Below are positions 1 through 11,900 of a stretch of 64,000 nt of DNA, piece by piece. This DNA is from Setoptus koraiensis (taxonomy: Eukaryota; Animalia; Arthropoda). Below the pieces are notes generated by a model. It ran no database searches, was not told where the DNA came from, and saw only the letters and a list, made by a program, of their open reading frames with translations. The DNA lies in the NCBI GenBank assembly GCA_048013815.1, contig CM106586.1:23932001-23996000 (forward strand), written 5' to 3'. Position 1 is the first letter of the stretch, and each line of letters opens with the position of its first letter. The position numbers and the translations under genes are program-made.

Positions 1-33
1 CGATTGTAACTCGAAATACATTCTAGCAAAACA

Positions 34-1467
34 ATGACGAAGGATAGACTAGCCGCCCTCAAGGCTGTAAGTATACTAGAAAAGTTTCAAGCGATCGCAC
101 GACAGTGCTATAGCGACTAAGATGCTCCAAATATCTGATTAATATTTCCAATCTGTTTTCTAACCATCCAAACTATTTTTTCTCTCGTAAACTTTTTTGC
201 TTAGGCCCAGCCTGAGGACGATGATGTAGTCATAGGTATGGACGAGAGAAGGAGTTATATGGAAGATTTTTTCAAAGAAGTCGAGGATATACGTGAGAAC
301 ATATCACGGATGCAAGAAAATGTTGAAGAAGTTAAGAAGACGCACTCCGCCATTTTATCTGCGCCTCAAACTGACGAAAAAGTTAAACAGCATCTAGAAG
401 ATATGATGGCCGATATTAAGAAAAGTGCTAATCGAGTTAGAGCCAAACTAAAACGTGAGTTTTCAATCACTATAGTACACTATAATTAGTTACATTACAA
501 TGAATAACATTGAGTTGACATATCGAATATTTGATCTACAATCTTTCAACCATCATCAATTAAATCTGAATAGAAATGGAACAAGGAATAGAACAACTCG
601 AGCAAACAAATATGATGAGTGCAGAATTTCGAATAAGAAAGACCCAACATTCGATGTTGAGTCAAAAATTTGTTGAAGTTATGACAGACTATAATAAAAC
701 CCAAACAGATTACCGTGAACGATGTAAAGCTAGAATTCAACGCCAACTAGAGATAACTGGTAGATCTACAACGACCGAGGAAGTAGAGGAAATGTTAGAA
801 AGTGGCAATCCTGCCATATTCACTCAAGGTGTAAGTATCTGAACCAGAACACTGAATAACACTTTATGACTTACTTTTCACTCTTCTAACTGATACTAAT
901 GAATGTTTACATTTGATGGCCCATCCTTAGATCATGACTGACACGCAACAAGCAAAACAAACACTAGCAGATATAGAAGCCAGGCATGCAGATATAATCA
1001 AATTAGAAAATAGTATCAGAGAACTACACGATATGTTTATGGACATGGCTATGCTTGTTGAAAGTCAGGTAAGAACTTCTCCTATAACCTAGTAGACATG
1101 TAATCATTGAAAACATTTTCTAACTTTCTATCCGCCATAATGATCTATATAGGGTGAAATGATTGACAGGATTGAATTCCATGTTTCTGGAGCCCTTGAA
1201 TACGTTGAAGAAGCTGTTAAAGATACAAAGAAGGCTATGGAATATCAAAGGAAAGCGAGAAGGGTAAGTTGGTTTCAGATTTATTTTCAATGTGATGAGT
1301 CGCAGTTTGAACTACTTTTTGATGATCGAAATCAACTAATCACTTAATTCAACCTTATTTCTCCCTAAACATCGATACCATAGAAACAAATATGTATATT
1401 TGTATGTATTCTGATAGTTTTAGCTATGTTTTTGTCAATTGGTTCAGCTTTAATTCCAGGATTATAA
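34..1467 (+). CDS. Syx1A: Syntaxin-1A; exons 34-66, 205-454, 574-830, 931-1068, 1153-1263, 1384-1467
   Basis: Spliced by hand at GT-AG sites: [11 protein letters not shown]|AQPEDDD...[19 protein letters not shown]...RIRKTQHS...[34 protein letters not shown]|GEMIDRIE...KARR|[27 protein letters not shown]. Habc domain, SNARE motif and C-terminal TM segment all match syntaxin-1. Confidence 0.97.
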
Positions 1468-2772
1468 TTTTAATAAATTTTAAGGATTTTAATTTTAGCT
1501 AAAACCACATCGCCTGAAGGTTTTATAGAAAAATAAAGCTTAATCAATTAGTGTGAGATACCTCGACTAGTTGTCCCATCATTTCGAACATAATCCTCAC
1601 TTGAGAAACCCACAGAAAGAAGTTTGATGCTACATTTCGAATGCATTCATAGGGCTGAGTAAATTCAGCACATGAAGAAAACGCATCAATAATTCCACAT
1701 CCTTGTTGTGGGTGAATTTAGTCCCGCAGCTTAATTCTGGGTGGTCTATTTTCTCAAATATTAATTTCCGAAAGTTGCTACGATATATTGACATCTGTCG
1801 TTTCTCAGTTCCTATAACTATTATTATTATAACTAATAGATTAATCTGGAACACAACATTAGTGTTCACTGTCAGTGAGGTAAGAAAAATAAAACCAGGA
1901 TAGACGTAATCTCGTCGGCTCAAATTATGGAAAAATTGAGTGCTATGGGAGAGACTTGTTTCGCTTTTGCAAGAACCTTGAATGATGGCTGCTTGAACCT
2001 GACGCAAGAGATTCTGAAACAAAACATAAATTTAGTTCCGTTGAATGAAGCAAGGCTTCCTATCAACAACAGAACGCTAGCATGCATGTAGCCTCTAATT
2101 CGAAATTACAGAAGTTGTATAGACAACTCGATCTTACATCTTTAGAGTAATTGAGTCTGACGAGACTGCTCGCCATTCAGAATTACAGCATATAAACAAC
2201 AAGTAACCAAACGAGTAACCAAATATTATTCAGTCAAATCCATTTTGTCAGACTATTCCACTGAATGTCAATCGACGCAGTCCCTGAGAGTAGAAAGAGA
2301 AGAAAAACTAAAGAATAAAAGAATACGATCTGGAAACGTTTCGAGATCCGGCCTACCTTCGACAAGGGAACAACTTAAATTATTATACCAATCGGTCTGA
2401 GTGTATATCTCTGCACAAAGAATGTGTGTTCGTGCATCGATAAATAGTTGAACTAGTGCACTCTAACAAGATTTGATTCCGAGTGATTAGTATCAATCTC
2501 ATTTCATTCCTGGCGGAAAAGTTCGTTCGAAATTTTATAATATAGAAGAGAACCGTTGTTGGGGGCATTTTCCGCATAACTTCCCTACTCCTGTCAGTGT
2601 ATTATCTTGGTATTGATTGGGACGCTCGAATTGGAGAATTTTCATTATCCATTCAATCAATTGTTTGAGTAGTAATAAGACACACGCAATGCAGTAACAG
2701 ACTGCACTTGTCCGATTTGCATTCACTTTAATTACATGATACCGATTCAACTACAAGTCGTGGGTTGTGTCA

Positions 2773-4182
2773 TTATGAGATTAAAATGTTAGATTGAATC
2801 CAATCAATATAACTCGAAACTTTGGTATACACTCCAGGTGCCAAAGGTTGGCCGCAACCGTATCCGAATGAGACAATTCCCACTAATTGATATCTGTTAT
2901 CCATTATTCTAACCAAAGGACCCCCTGAGTCGCCTTGACAAGAGTCTTTTCCACCGGATACAAAACCAGCACATATTTGGTCGCCTATCACTCGAGAGCC
3001 ATATGTTTCCTTGCATCTTGATAAACTAACAACGGGAACTTGAACGTATCGTAGAACATTAGACAATGATCCTGAATTCTCTCTCGTCACACCCCAACCG
3101 CTAACAATGACTGGCTCGCCTTCCCTATACACTTGGTTTTTAACTGGCAGGCACGGCCTATTGACTGATCCATATCCGTCGCTAGTAAATTTATACTGGA
3201 TGACATCTTTTGTTCTGAGTATTGCAATATCGTGATCATTTGCATAGAAATTGCATGCATCGTATTTCTCATGAGGTATAATCTTCTCTATATCAACTTT
3301 AACTTCTCCATCTTCAAAGCGTATTGAATGATCGCCAATTGTTGCATGGATTCCATCTGTCTCTATGACGGCGGTAGTCAACTGACGACTATTACAAGCA
3401 GTCGTACAATGAGCTGCAGTAAGTATATGCCTCTCGTCCAAAACAACACCTCCACAAACTCCAGAGCCTCTTTTTGACATGATATTTAGTCTGACCTGGT
3501 AAGGGAATTCTCCTGGATCGGATTTACTTCCACCAACTATTCTAGTTTGAACCAATCTATCGCTACTATTTCCCTTCTTGTTAGCCTCACCACAGAAGAT
3601 ATCTGAACCTTGGCGTATGATCTTCGATGCAACTGGTGGCAGAGGATCCAGAATTGGCTTCATAGTTGTGACGATAATCGTTTCATTGTTGCTGCTATCT
3701 TGACTTGTTGTTGGAGTTGATGATATTGGCTCTTGGGTTGTTGAGACGGTAGAATTTAATTGGTTAGATACCTCCTGGTCGGTCACATTACTGCTTATTG
3801 GTTGATCTATTGCACCGATATCAATTTCGGGGTGTTTAGTGCTACTTGTTGCACTAGTAGCTTGATTGCCGATTATAAAATCTTGAGATTGTTTATTTTT
3901 TTGTGGAACAAGCAACGGTTGTTCCGTCGGGTCAAAATAAACACCGAACAAACGACTCTCGGGTACAATATCGACATTCTTGAAACTAGCAGGTAGATTT
4001 GTTGTTTTTATTGGTATCATCAACAAAGGTTCATCATCTTGAACCTTGATCAGTGAACTTATCTTGAGCCGAGTATTACTGGCGAATGAGGTTTGCGGAT
4101 ATTGGTGTTGCTGTTGATGAGATAAACCAACAGCAGAAAAGATTAGCAACGCTAAGAAGATGTGAAGAATTAGTGACATCAT
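2773..4182 (-). CDS. Secreted S1A trypsin-like serine protease with a long Ser/Thr/Gln-rich pro-region; intronless
   Basis: Signal-peptide-like N-terminus, activation site R-IVGG, catalytic triad TAAHC / HDIAIL / GDSGGP, and Asp in the S1 pocket (GKDSCQG). Confidence 0.95.
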   Translation of the reverse strand: MMSLILHIFLALLIFSAVGLSHQQQHQYPQTSFASNTRLKISSLIKVQDDEPLLMIPIKTTNLPASFKNVDIVPESRLFGVYFDPTEQPLLVPQKNKQSQDFIIGNQATSATSSTKHPEIDIGAIDQPISSNVTDQEVSNQLNSTVSTTQEPISSTPTTSQDSSNNETIIVTTMKPILDPLPPVASKIIRQGSDIFCGEANKKGNSSDRLVQTRIVGGSKSDPGEFPYQVRLNIMSKRGSGVCGGVVLDERHILTAAHCTTACNSRQLTTAVIETDGIHATIGDHSIRFEDGEVKVDIEKIIPHEKYDACNFYANDHDIAILRTKDVIQYKFTSDGYGSVNRPCLPVKNQVYREGEPVIVSGWGVTRENSGSLSNVLRYVQVPVVSLSRCKETYGSRVIGDQICAGFVSGGKDSCQGDSGGPLVRIMDNRYQLVGIVSFGYGCGQPLAPGVYTKVSSYIDWIQSNILIS

Positions 4183-4835
4183 AATTTGTTATTTTGTTGT
4201 TTATTCTAACTTTTGAGAATATCTGAATTTGTATTCAAGTAATTTTTTACAGTTCTTATTATATAATACAGTTTGTAACCATTTGAAGGATCGAACGATT
4301 CTTTCTCCACCTGTCCAATCTTTTTCTAATCGTGTGTAGATTGATTCCTATGGACTCTATATATAGTTACTATGGTTCTAACTTATCGTTAATCAAGATG
4401 GTCACAGGCTAGCCAGTGTCTGTGTCTGGGCGAGTTTGGTCACTTTCACACGTTGCATGATATTTCATTTCAAGTTCAAGGTTCATGGTTAACCACGACT
4501 TGAGTTGACTGTATGATCGCCAGAGCAACATTCAACTGAGAACGTCAGCTTTTCGAAAGTCAAAATCAAGTTTTTATCTTTCTCTTATCGATGTCTATAT
4601 TCCTAGAGATCTTGTTTTGGACTATTACTGCACAGTCATGGATTAGACTTCAGTTCAAGTTCAATTCAAGTATATCTACTCCAAAGTCAAGATATACCTG
4701 TTGTGAGCTTGATTGCACAGAGAGAATCCTGATATTGATCAAGTTGAGTTGGTTAGTTATAAAATACTATAAGTGAAACAACAATCAATAAAACATGACG
4801 ATAATAACAGATGACCAAGGGTCGACATTTTAGAA

Positions 4836-6230
4836 TCAGTCATTTAACTTTTTCAACTCATGCACCATCAGTTCATCGGAGGTTCGTTCATTCTTGAAAT
4901 TTGTCAACATTCTAATCACTCTTTCAAGAGGAATCTCTTTATAAACCTCGTTAGTCATAATGGTCCTCAGAGTAACACTGTTATTTGTCCTCTCTCTCTG
5001 TCCGACAACTAACAAGAATTTATAATGGTTCTCCCAAGCCATCTTAACTTTTTTGTTTAACGTCTGGCCTGAATCAGATTCAAGGACTACCTCAAGATCT
5101 GCTTCGTTCAATTTATCTCTGACTGATTCCGCATAATCATAGAAAGTTTCTGACACACAAACAATTCTTATTTGTCGTGGAGATAGCCAAAACGGTAGAT
5201 TCCCTTTGAAATTTTCCAAAATTATAGCCATGAACCTTTCAACAGATCCAAAAATGGCACGATGTATCATGATAGGTCTCCTCTTGGAGCCATCTGGGCC
5301 ATTGTAGGTCAAATCGAATTGGATTGGTAATTGAAAATCCAATTGTATAGTAGCACATTGGTGAGGCTTGAGAAGCGAATCTGTCAAAGTTACATCAATC
5401 TTTGGTCCGTAGAATGCACCATCGCCCTCTTTTGATTTCCATCCATAGCCTGAATCATCAAGAGCTTGACGTAGCGCTGACTCGGCTTCATTCCATAACG
5501 ACAGTTCTCCCATATAAGATTCAGGCCTGGTTGAAAGACTAAATTCACATTCGAATGCAAACTGGTTGTAGACGAACTTGATAAAATCTATCGTTTTAGC
5601 TATCTCTGACCTTATTTGATCTTCCGTACAGAAGATGTGAGCATCATCTTGTTGGAATCTTCTGACTCTGAATAGACCAGTTAAATTACCGGAGGCCTCG
5701 TTTCTGTGTAGGGTACCGAAATCCGCGTATCTCAAAGGCAGATCGCGCCAAGATACATTTGAATTTTTAAATATCAAACAATGACCTGGACAATTCATGG
5801 GCTTCAGAGATAGATCTTCTTTTCCTTCCAGATGAAACATGTCATCTGCAAAATGATCCCAATGGCCAGATGTTTCCCATAACATACGGTTAAATATATT
5901 GGGTGATTTGACTATTTTTATGCCTCTTTTTCTATATTCTTTTCGTAGAAAATCTATCAAGCTATTGTAAATGTATGCACCGTCTGGTTTAAAGAAACAA
6001 GAGCCAGGACTTAGCTCGTGGAAGAAAAATAAGTTTTGGTCTCTTCCAATCTTCCTATGGTCATGATGGTTAGCCTCTGATTCGGGATTTGGCGTTGTTA
6101 CTTCAGATACTGGTGGTGTTGAATTTGCCACACACATGTTTCTTTTAAACCTCGATTGATCGACCCATCTACTCAATACAAGCTGCCTTAAAGGGCTGAC
6201 AAAATAAATGTAGTTTTTCCTGGAAATCAT
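4836..6230 (-). CDS. TARS: Threonyl-tRNA synthetase, catalytic plus anticodon-binding domains only, with an Arg-rich putative mitochondrial presequence; intronless
   Basis: DHRKIGRDQ.LFFFHELSPGSCFF, LKPMNCPGHC, HRNEASG.LTGLFRVRRFQQDDAHIFC, GAFYGPKID, TIQLDF, MIHRAIFGSVERF. First ATG is at 6230 (MISRKNY...); the track start at 6242 is TTG. Confidence 0.93.
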   Translation of the reverse strand: MISRKNYIYFVSPLRQLVLSRWVDQSRFKRNMCVANSTPPVSEVTTPNPESEANHHDHRKIGRDQNLFFFHELSPGSCFFKPDGAYIYNSLIDFLRKEYRKRGIKIVKSPNIFNRMLWETSGHWDHFADDMFHLEGKEDLSLKPMNCPGHCLIFKNSNVSWRDLPLRYADFGTLHRNEASGNLTGLFRVRRFQQDDAHIFCTEDQIRSEIAKTIDFIKFVYNQFAFECEFSLSTRPESYMGELSLWNEAESALRQALDDSGYGWKSKEGDGAFYGPKIDVTLTDSLLKPHQCATIQLDFQLPIQFDLTYNGPDGSKRRPIMIHRAIFGSVERFMAIILENFKGNLPFWLSPRQIRIVCVSETFYDYAESVRDKLNEADLEVVLESDSGQTLNKKVKMAWENHYKFLLVVGQRERTNNSVTLRTIMTNEVYKEIPLERVIRMLTNFKNERTSDELMVHELKKLND

Positions 6231-6861
6231 ACTGTCCTTCAATGTTGTACTCGACTAATGATTTTATCACCCAACGGTCCGATTCCTAATCGTTTCGCAA
6301 GTTTTCTTGCATGCTTCATGAGTGTCACGTGTCTCACATATAAACATTTCAAAGCACCCCCTAGTGGCCGATCAGATGCTTCACATGTTACTAGCGTGAT
6401 ATTTCTTCCGCACCGGTAAATATCAGTGTTCTCTAAGGCCATATTATTTCAGCCACAACTACTCAATTAAGAGAAATGGATAATTTCAAAAGCATCAAAT
6501 AACTCAATCCACATCCTTACGAATTACCTGGAAATTTGAAGGATCCGTGATCTTATCAGAAGATCTCCACAAGAGGATACCTACGGGCAGATGCCAGTGT
6601 CTCTTTTGTTGAGTTTTATTAGTGTATTTGTGTCTGACTACATATTCGAGTTCATAGATTTATTAATGCAATTCATTTGCCACGAATCCATATCGGCTCT
6701 ATCAGCTTTTCTATTCAAGAATACACGGTCGAATCATACATCCTCACAATAGGTCTAGTCACAGACAAACGTCCACTGAATTCAAATATACCGTCAGATA
6801 CTCCTTCACTCCAGACTATTTATATTACTATATACAGCCCAAATATTATACAAGTACGAAA

Positions 6862-8769
6862 ATGTCTTCAAATGAACCAGTCAATGTATACATCGCAGGT
6901 CGTTACAATAAATATTTAAGGGATCTCAGTCAGTCGCCTTGGATTGATAAAGAGGATGTACGAGTTAAAAATTCAATACAAGAAATCATAGAGGAAGGAA
7001 TATTCAAATTTATTCCTTGTGAAAAAGCCATATTCTCCAGCTCTGGTAGAGAGGATGTAGATGTAAGAATGCTTGGCAATGGTAGGCCGTTCGTATTTAA
7101 GTTAGTGAACCCAGATTCTAACATAACTATTGATCAGAACTGTTTGAATGAGATTGAATCTTATGTGAACACTAAATTTTTCGACAAAGTTAAGATAAGA
7201 TTTCTACAGTTAGTCAGCAAAGATACTGTGAACAAGAATATCAAGGATGGAGAGGAAAGTAAATCCAAAAAGTATCGTGCTCTATGTTGTTGCAGTAGAA
7301 GAATAACAGAAGCAGATATCGACCGTATATCAAGTATAAAGAATTTAGAAATCCACCAGAAAACTCCTGTTAGAGTTCTGCACAGGAGGACATTGGCTAC
7401 GAGAAAAAGAACCATTTTTAGCTTGAGTATTGGGATGCCTTTGCCTGGTGAATTCACGGAGTTGAAACCTCATTATCAAGATAAGACCTTCGCCCTGACA
7501 CTCGAGACTGAAGCTGGTACATATATAAAAGAATTTGTCCATGGGGATTTCGGTAGGACCCAGCCAAATTTATCTAGCTTACTTGGAGATTGTGAAGCAG
7601 ATCTGATGGAGTTGGACGTTTCGGAAATTTACATGGACTGGCCTTGTGATCCAAAAATGATTGCACAGACCGCTGGGCCTATGGATTTGGCAAATATCTC
7701 GAATAACATGGATTTGGCAAATATCTCGAATAACATGGATTTTACGCTACCAGAACTTTATGAACAAGCTGAGAGATGCCTTCTCAAAGCTGAATGTAAG
7801 CTAGCATCCGAGAGGCAGGATCTTCTTCAGACTGCAAGACACCTCCTAGAACGAGCAAATAAATTCGTTAGCAGCCTAGATTTATTTAGTAATAACGAGA
7901 CAATCGATGAAGTGGCAACCAATAATATTCGATATCTTCTCGTACCAGCTCTATTGTCAAATGTTTACATGAGGTTTGATCTTGGCCAGATGCAAACGTC
8001 TATGAGATTAGAAGTATTCTCAAAAGCTAAAGCCTACGCGGAAGATTTCCTGGAGAAAATCAAGCACTATGGTTTGGCAGATTTGAGAGTCGATCAAGCG
8101 CTTGACGAAGGTGTCAGAGAGGGATCTATAAATAATTTGTCCCAACTGGATATGATCGCGCAGATGGCGCAATCTAGGAAAGACAAGATTGACCAATATA
8201 ATACTGAGAAGGAACTAGAGCAAATGTTAGAACAAACAAAAGCTAGAATCGATTCCTCTAATGGTCAAATAGATGAAGAGGTTGTCAGAATCTACTATTT
8301 GAATCTTGTCAAAAAATGGACACATGAGACAGTTCGAGAATATAAGACCATTAAATCCGCCTTAAGACTTGAAGAGGGAATGAAGGATCATCCAAGTAGT
8401 GAGAGAACTAATAATAAGACAGCTCAGAATACGAGAAACACATTCACTTTGGTCAAATCAGATCTGCAAAAGCAAGTTTTTGGATTGGGGTACCCTAGCC
8501 ACCCCACTGTGACTGTAGATCAGTTCATCACCAAAAAAATCAATGATGGGGATTTGGCTTTCACCGCACAGAAAGATGTGTACTCAAATAGCTTACAGAG
8601 GTGGGCAGAGAATCCAGATCTTTTGAGGAATCAAGAGGAAGCTGAGCAAGAAGACAAAGAACGTGCTGAGGAAAACGAAGACGCCGCAGCAATTGCGAAA
8701 GCTCGACGTTGGGATGAATTCAAAGACGCCAACCCTAGAGGATCAGGAAACAGAAAAAATATGGGCTAA
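6862..8769 (+). CDS. PUS10-IGBP1: Single 635-aa ORF: Pus10 tRNA pseudouridine synthase catalytic domain (about aa 1-266, 6862-7659) fused in frame to alpha4/TAP42 (IGBP1; 7660-8769)
   Basis: Pus10 motifs: YIAGRYNKY, SSSGREDVDVRMLGNGRPF (catalytic Asp), QKTPVRVLHRR, AGTYIKEFVHGDFGRT, ELDV...DWP. TAP42 motifs: TLPELY, LDLFSNNETIDEVATNNIRYLLVP, FGLGYPS.PT.TV, KARRWDEFKD.NPRGSGNRKNMG. No stop codon or intron at the junction. Confidence 0.92.
   Translation: MSSNEPVNVYIAGRYNKYLRDLSQSPWIDKEDVRVKNSIQEIIEEGIFKFIPCEKAIFSSSGREDVDVRMLGNGRPFVFKLVNPDSNITIDQNCLNEIESYVNTKFFDKVKIRFLQLVSKDTVNKNIKDGEESKSKKYRALCCCSRRITEADIDRISSIKNLEIHQKTPVRVLHRRTLATRKRTIFSLSIGMPLPGEFTELKPHYQDKTFALTLETEAGTYIKEFVHGDFGRTQPNLSSLLGDCEADLMELDVSEIYMDWPCDPKMIAQTAGPMDLANISNNMDLANISNNMDFTLPELYEQAERCLLKAECKLASERQDLLQTARHLLERANKFVSSLDLFSNNETIDEVATNNIRYLLVPALLSNVYMRFDLGQMQTSMRLEVFSKAKAYAEDFLEKIKHYGLADLRVDQALDEGVREGSINNLSQLDMIAQMAQSRKDKIDQYNTEKELEQMLEQTKARIDSSNGQIDEEVVRIYYLNLVKKWTHETVREYKTIKSALRLEEGMKDHPSSERTNNKTAQNTRNTFTLVKSDLQKQVFGLGYPSHPTVTVDQFITKKINDGDLAFTAQKDVYSNSLQRWAENPDLLRNQEEAEQEDKERAEENEDAAAIAKARRWDEFKDANPRGSGNRKNMG
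7681..7742 (+). repeat. 27-bp in-frame tandem repeat (MDLANISNN x2 plus a partial unit) in the Pus10-IGBP1 linker
   Basis: ATGGATTTGGCAAATATCTCGAATAAC at 7681-7707 and 7708-7734; the duplicate copy near 24.97 kb has one unit. Confidence 0.95.
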
Positions 8770-8901
8770 ACAACTAGTGCCAGTCATTAATAAATAATGA
8801 TTTAAAAGATCTTTGCAATGCTTGCAATTTTTTCAAATAGGAAGTGAATCATGCTACATTTCATTCATTTATTTATCGCTTTCTGACAACATTGAGATTG
8901 G

Positions 8902-11900
8902 CTACTCAAAGAAATTCAAGCATCTCGACAATAGTATAGTAGAGCAACATTCAAAAGCCAATGTGAACCCGATACGCAGATTTGATTTAATATCTTGAAG
9001 CTCAGTATCTTCCGGCCAAAGATCCAGAAGTAAACTGACGAAAGCTGTTCTTCTATATAATGAGAACTCATAACAAGAACTTCCATTGTCCAAGAGAATC
9101 CGACGATAACCAGAGACACCAAGTTTTTTCAGATCGGCCAGGATCAAGTTAGATGCTGCCCTCAGAACCGCTTTGTTGGTTTCTGAAATAGATATTTGAC
9201 ACACGGATGAGAGTGGCTCGTCACATATCAACTCAGGAACTGGCAAGTCTAAGTCGGCTAGTTTGATGCGTTTAGATCTACCACCAATAAATTCACGCAA
9301 AGCTTGCCTTGCCTCAGCAATGATGGCTACATAGTCTGCGCATGTGTTCAATTTGCATTTGTCGAACAATCTCTCTTGATCATCAATTTCGATTTCCTGT
9401 ATACTATTTGAGTGATCAAATACAATCTTAATCATCAATTTGTAACAATGTTCAAAATCTGTATCGCAATCAGGGCAGAAAATCTTTCCAACTATCACAT
9501 GTATGAACTTTTGAGTCTTGGTGCCTACTAATCCGCTGCAATTATATAGTCCATTCAACTTGGATACACTTTTCATGGCTAACAAACGAATAGAGTATTC
9601 ATCGTCGTTCATCAATTTGAATAATGCACTGAGTAAATTTACTAAAGCTTCCTGATAATTTATTTTCTGTTGTACTGAGAGGAAGTGGTGAAGAGTTGAC
9701 TTCAATATAATCGCAGCGACTTGTCTTGAAAGAATGCAACTTGATCCGTCTGCCACAGTTTCTATAAGTGATGACCAATCGTCGAAAACTTGCGAACTCG
9801 AATTTTGTTCCAATTGTGTTCGCTGGAACATAACTTCTACCAATTTGGACGAGCAAAATAGTGCGACGAACTTTGTGTCACATTCTGGGAGAATTTTAAC
9901 GAAAGTAGTCATGAATCGTAATTTGCATTCTAGACTTCCATCGTCGTCATGTGACCATTTCAATTGGTCGAAGTTTATCTCATCCGCTAACATGGACATA
10001 ATCGCAAGTAGTTCGATTGCCCTCGGAGTGTTACTAATCTTTGCAGAAAATAGTTGTTCGACGCTCCTAGGTTGGAACTCTGGCAAGTCCCTCAATTCAA
10101 ACATTGATTTGTGTATTTTCTCAGATTTGTGCAGGTCGATGTTCATGAATTTCTTATGAATATAGTTCGTATATAAGTTTCTGTCATATTCACTTTGATT
10201 TATGTCTTTTGATTTATCGAATATTGTTTCATGTAGGATGAGGGAATCAATATCTAGTTTATCTAAAATACTTTCCAACTCGTCATTGGGCCGCACCGTC
10301 GCAAAAGAGAATCGAATCCATCTTATTAATGATCTATGAAAGTTGGTACTCAAGGTCCGGTTTGGTTGTTCCGATAGCAAAGCGACGAAAAGGTTCTCAA
10401 TGTCACGGTTAGCCAACTTTCCAGTTTCGAGACCGGACATCAAGAAGATCTGGAGGTATTTAAAAGCAAACTCCTCCAAGGCGGGGTCGTTTTGATTCAA
10501 GTTGAATAATGTGTTCTCCAAAAGGTTCAGCTGGCACGATACGCATTCTTGTCCGTATTCTGAGCTAGATAAGCGTATTATATAAGTCTCGATAAGATTG
10601 AACAACTCACACATTAGACGATAAGAAAAGGGGTGATGCTCATGAAATAAGCTGATCATAGCCTGTATCACTTGTTGCGAAACAAAACTAATGTTCTTAA
10701 TAGCAACGTTAAAGTAGGGTTGGTCACGTAAATCTTGCTGGCTTAACCATTCTTTTAGTATAAGTATGGATCCATGCAAATGGTTTTCTTTGATTGTTTT
10801 GAGTTTGCTAGCATCAATGAAAAGCTCTTTGATATTCTCCAGGGTAGTGATTTTGCTTGGTAAGGAATGGCATGGTAAGGAATTATCCAGAGATGCATAG
10901 TTGATGCAGAAGTACTCCAATCTCACACATAGTTTTGCTGCTATTTTTCTCAAGTTTAAATCAGGACATCTGAAGCAGACTTCCGCCATAGGTCCAACGA
11001 ATGGTAGGATAACTTTTTCGTAAGTATAGTTGACGCTAGGATTGATTGATGGGTGCAGTCTGTTAAGAAGAATAACTATCGTGTGGATTGATGCAAGGTG
11101 ATGGCGACTTTCTAGTCCGTAGGAGAGATACTTTAAGAATTTTTCAATCATCCTGGGATAACGTGAAAAGAAGCATTCAAAAGACAGTTTGTTCTTTCTG
11201 TGAATGTTATTCTTCAATCTACTACAACCAAATGTTCGGCCTACTACTGCACTCAATAGCATATTAGCGCAATTTCTAATCGGGAATGATTCGGAACCAA
11301 AACTCTCTATGGTTACGATGAAAGTTTGCTCAATGTAAGGCGCAACTTTTTCGGCAAGCTGATGCTCGTTGATAAGGGCTTTCAGAATATTTAAGGAATG
11401 TACTTTTTGGTACTCTTCAGTGTTTTGGTCGTTTAGAATACTGAACAGACAATCGACAACCCATCTCAGGTTTTCTGATTCATGCCGATGTTCAGATACC
11501 AGTATAGCTTGAATCATAAACGGGAGGCCTGCAGATCTACGTGTTGTGTAGGCTTTCAAGAACTTAACCTTACCTTCTATCATGTCAGAGTTGTCTCCAG
11601 TGTTATATTCACCTTTGAAATCAAGCATGATAGATCCCAATGAGTCCAATAATAGTTTTCGACAACGTTCATCCGGCCACACTCTCTTGGTCAACGCGAG
11701 AAACCCATTATAGGCTTGTTCAAACGCCCCCCGATGACGCAAATTTCTTAGATAGTGGTTGAAGAAAGATATCATTTTTGTTATACCGTCGAAATCAATC
11801 AGAGGCTCATGAGTGGATTGAAATGCTCGGGTTGCCAGGGTTCCAGGACCAGGGCTAGGATTGGGGTGCATCCACCACAGTCGATTACACATTAGGCCCA

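Noticed and set aside
1630-2176. Minus-strand frames vaguely ferritin-like (MASSLVRLNYSKD...NFELEA, RRDYVYPGF) and a 130-aa ORF
   Set aside because: Only scattered identities across different frames, no ferroxidase motif and no consistent splice model; probably chance.
6239-6442. 67-aa ORF abutting ThrRS, considered as an editing-domain remnant or upstream exon
   Set aside because: No HxxxH or DxCRGPH motif, different frame and no supporting splice site.
7640-7690. 2A-like ribosomal skipping site at the Pus10/IGBP1 junction (...QTAGP)
   Set aside because: Lacks the D(V/I)ExNPGP consensus.
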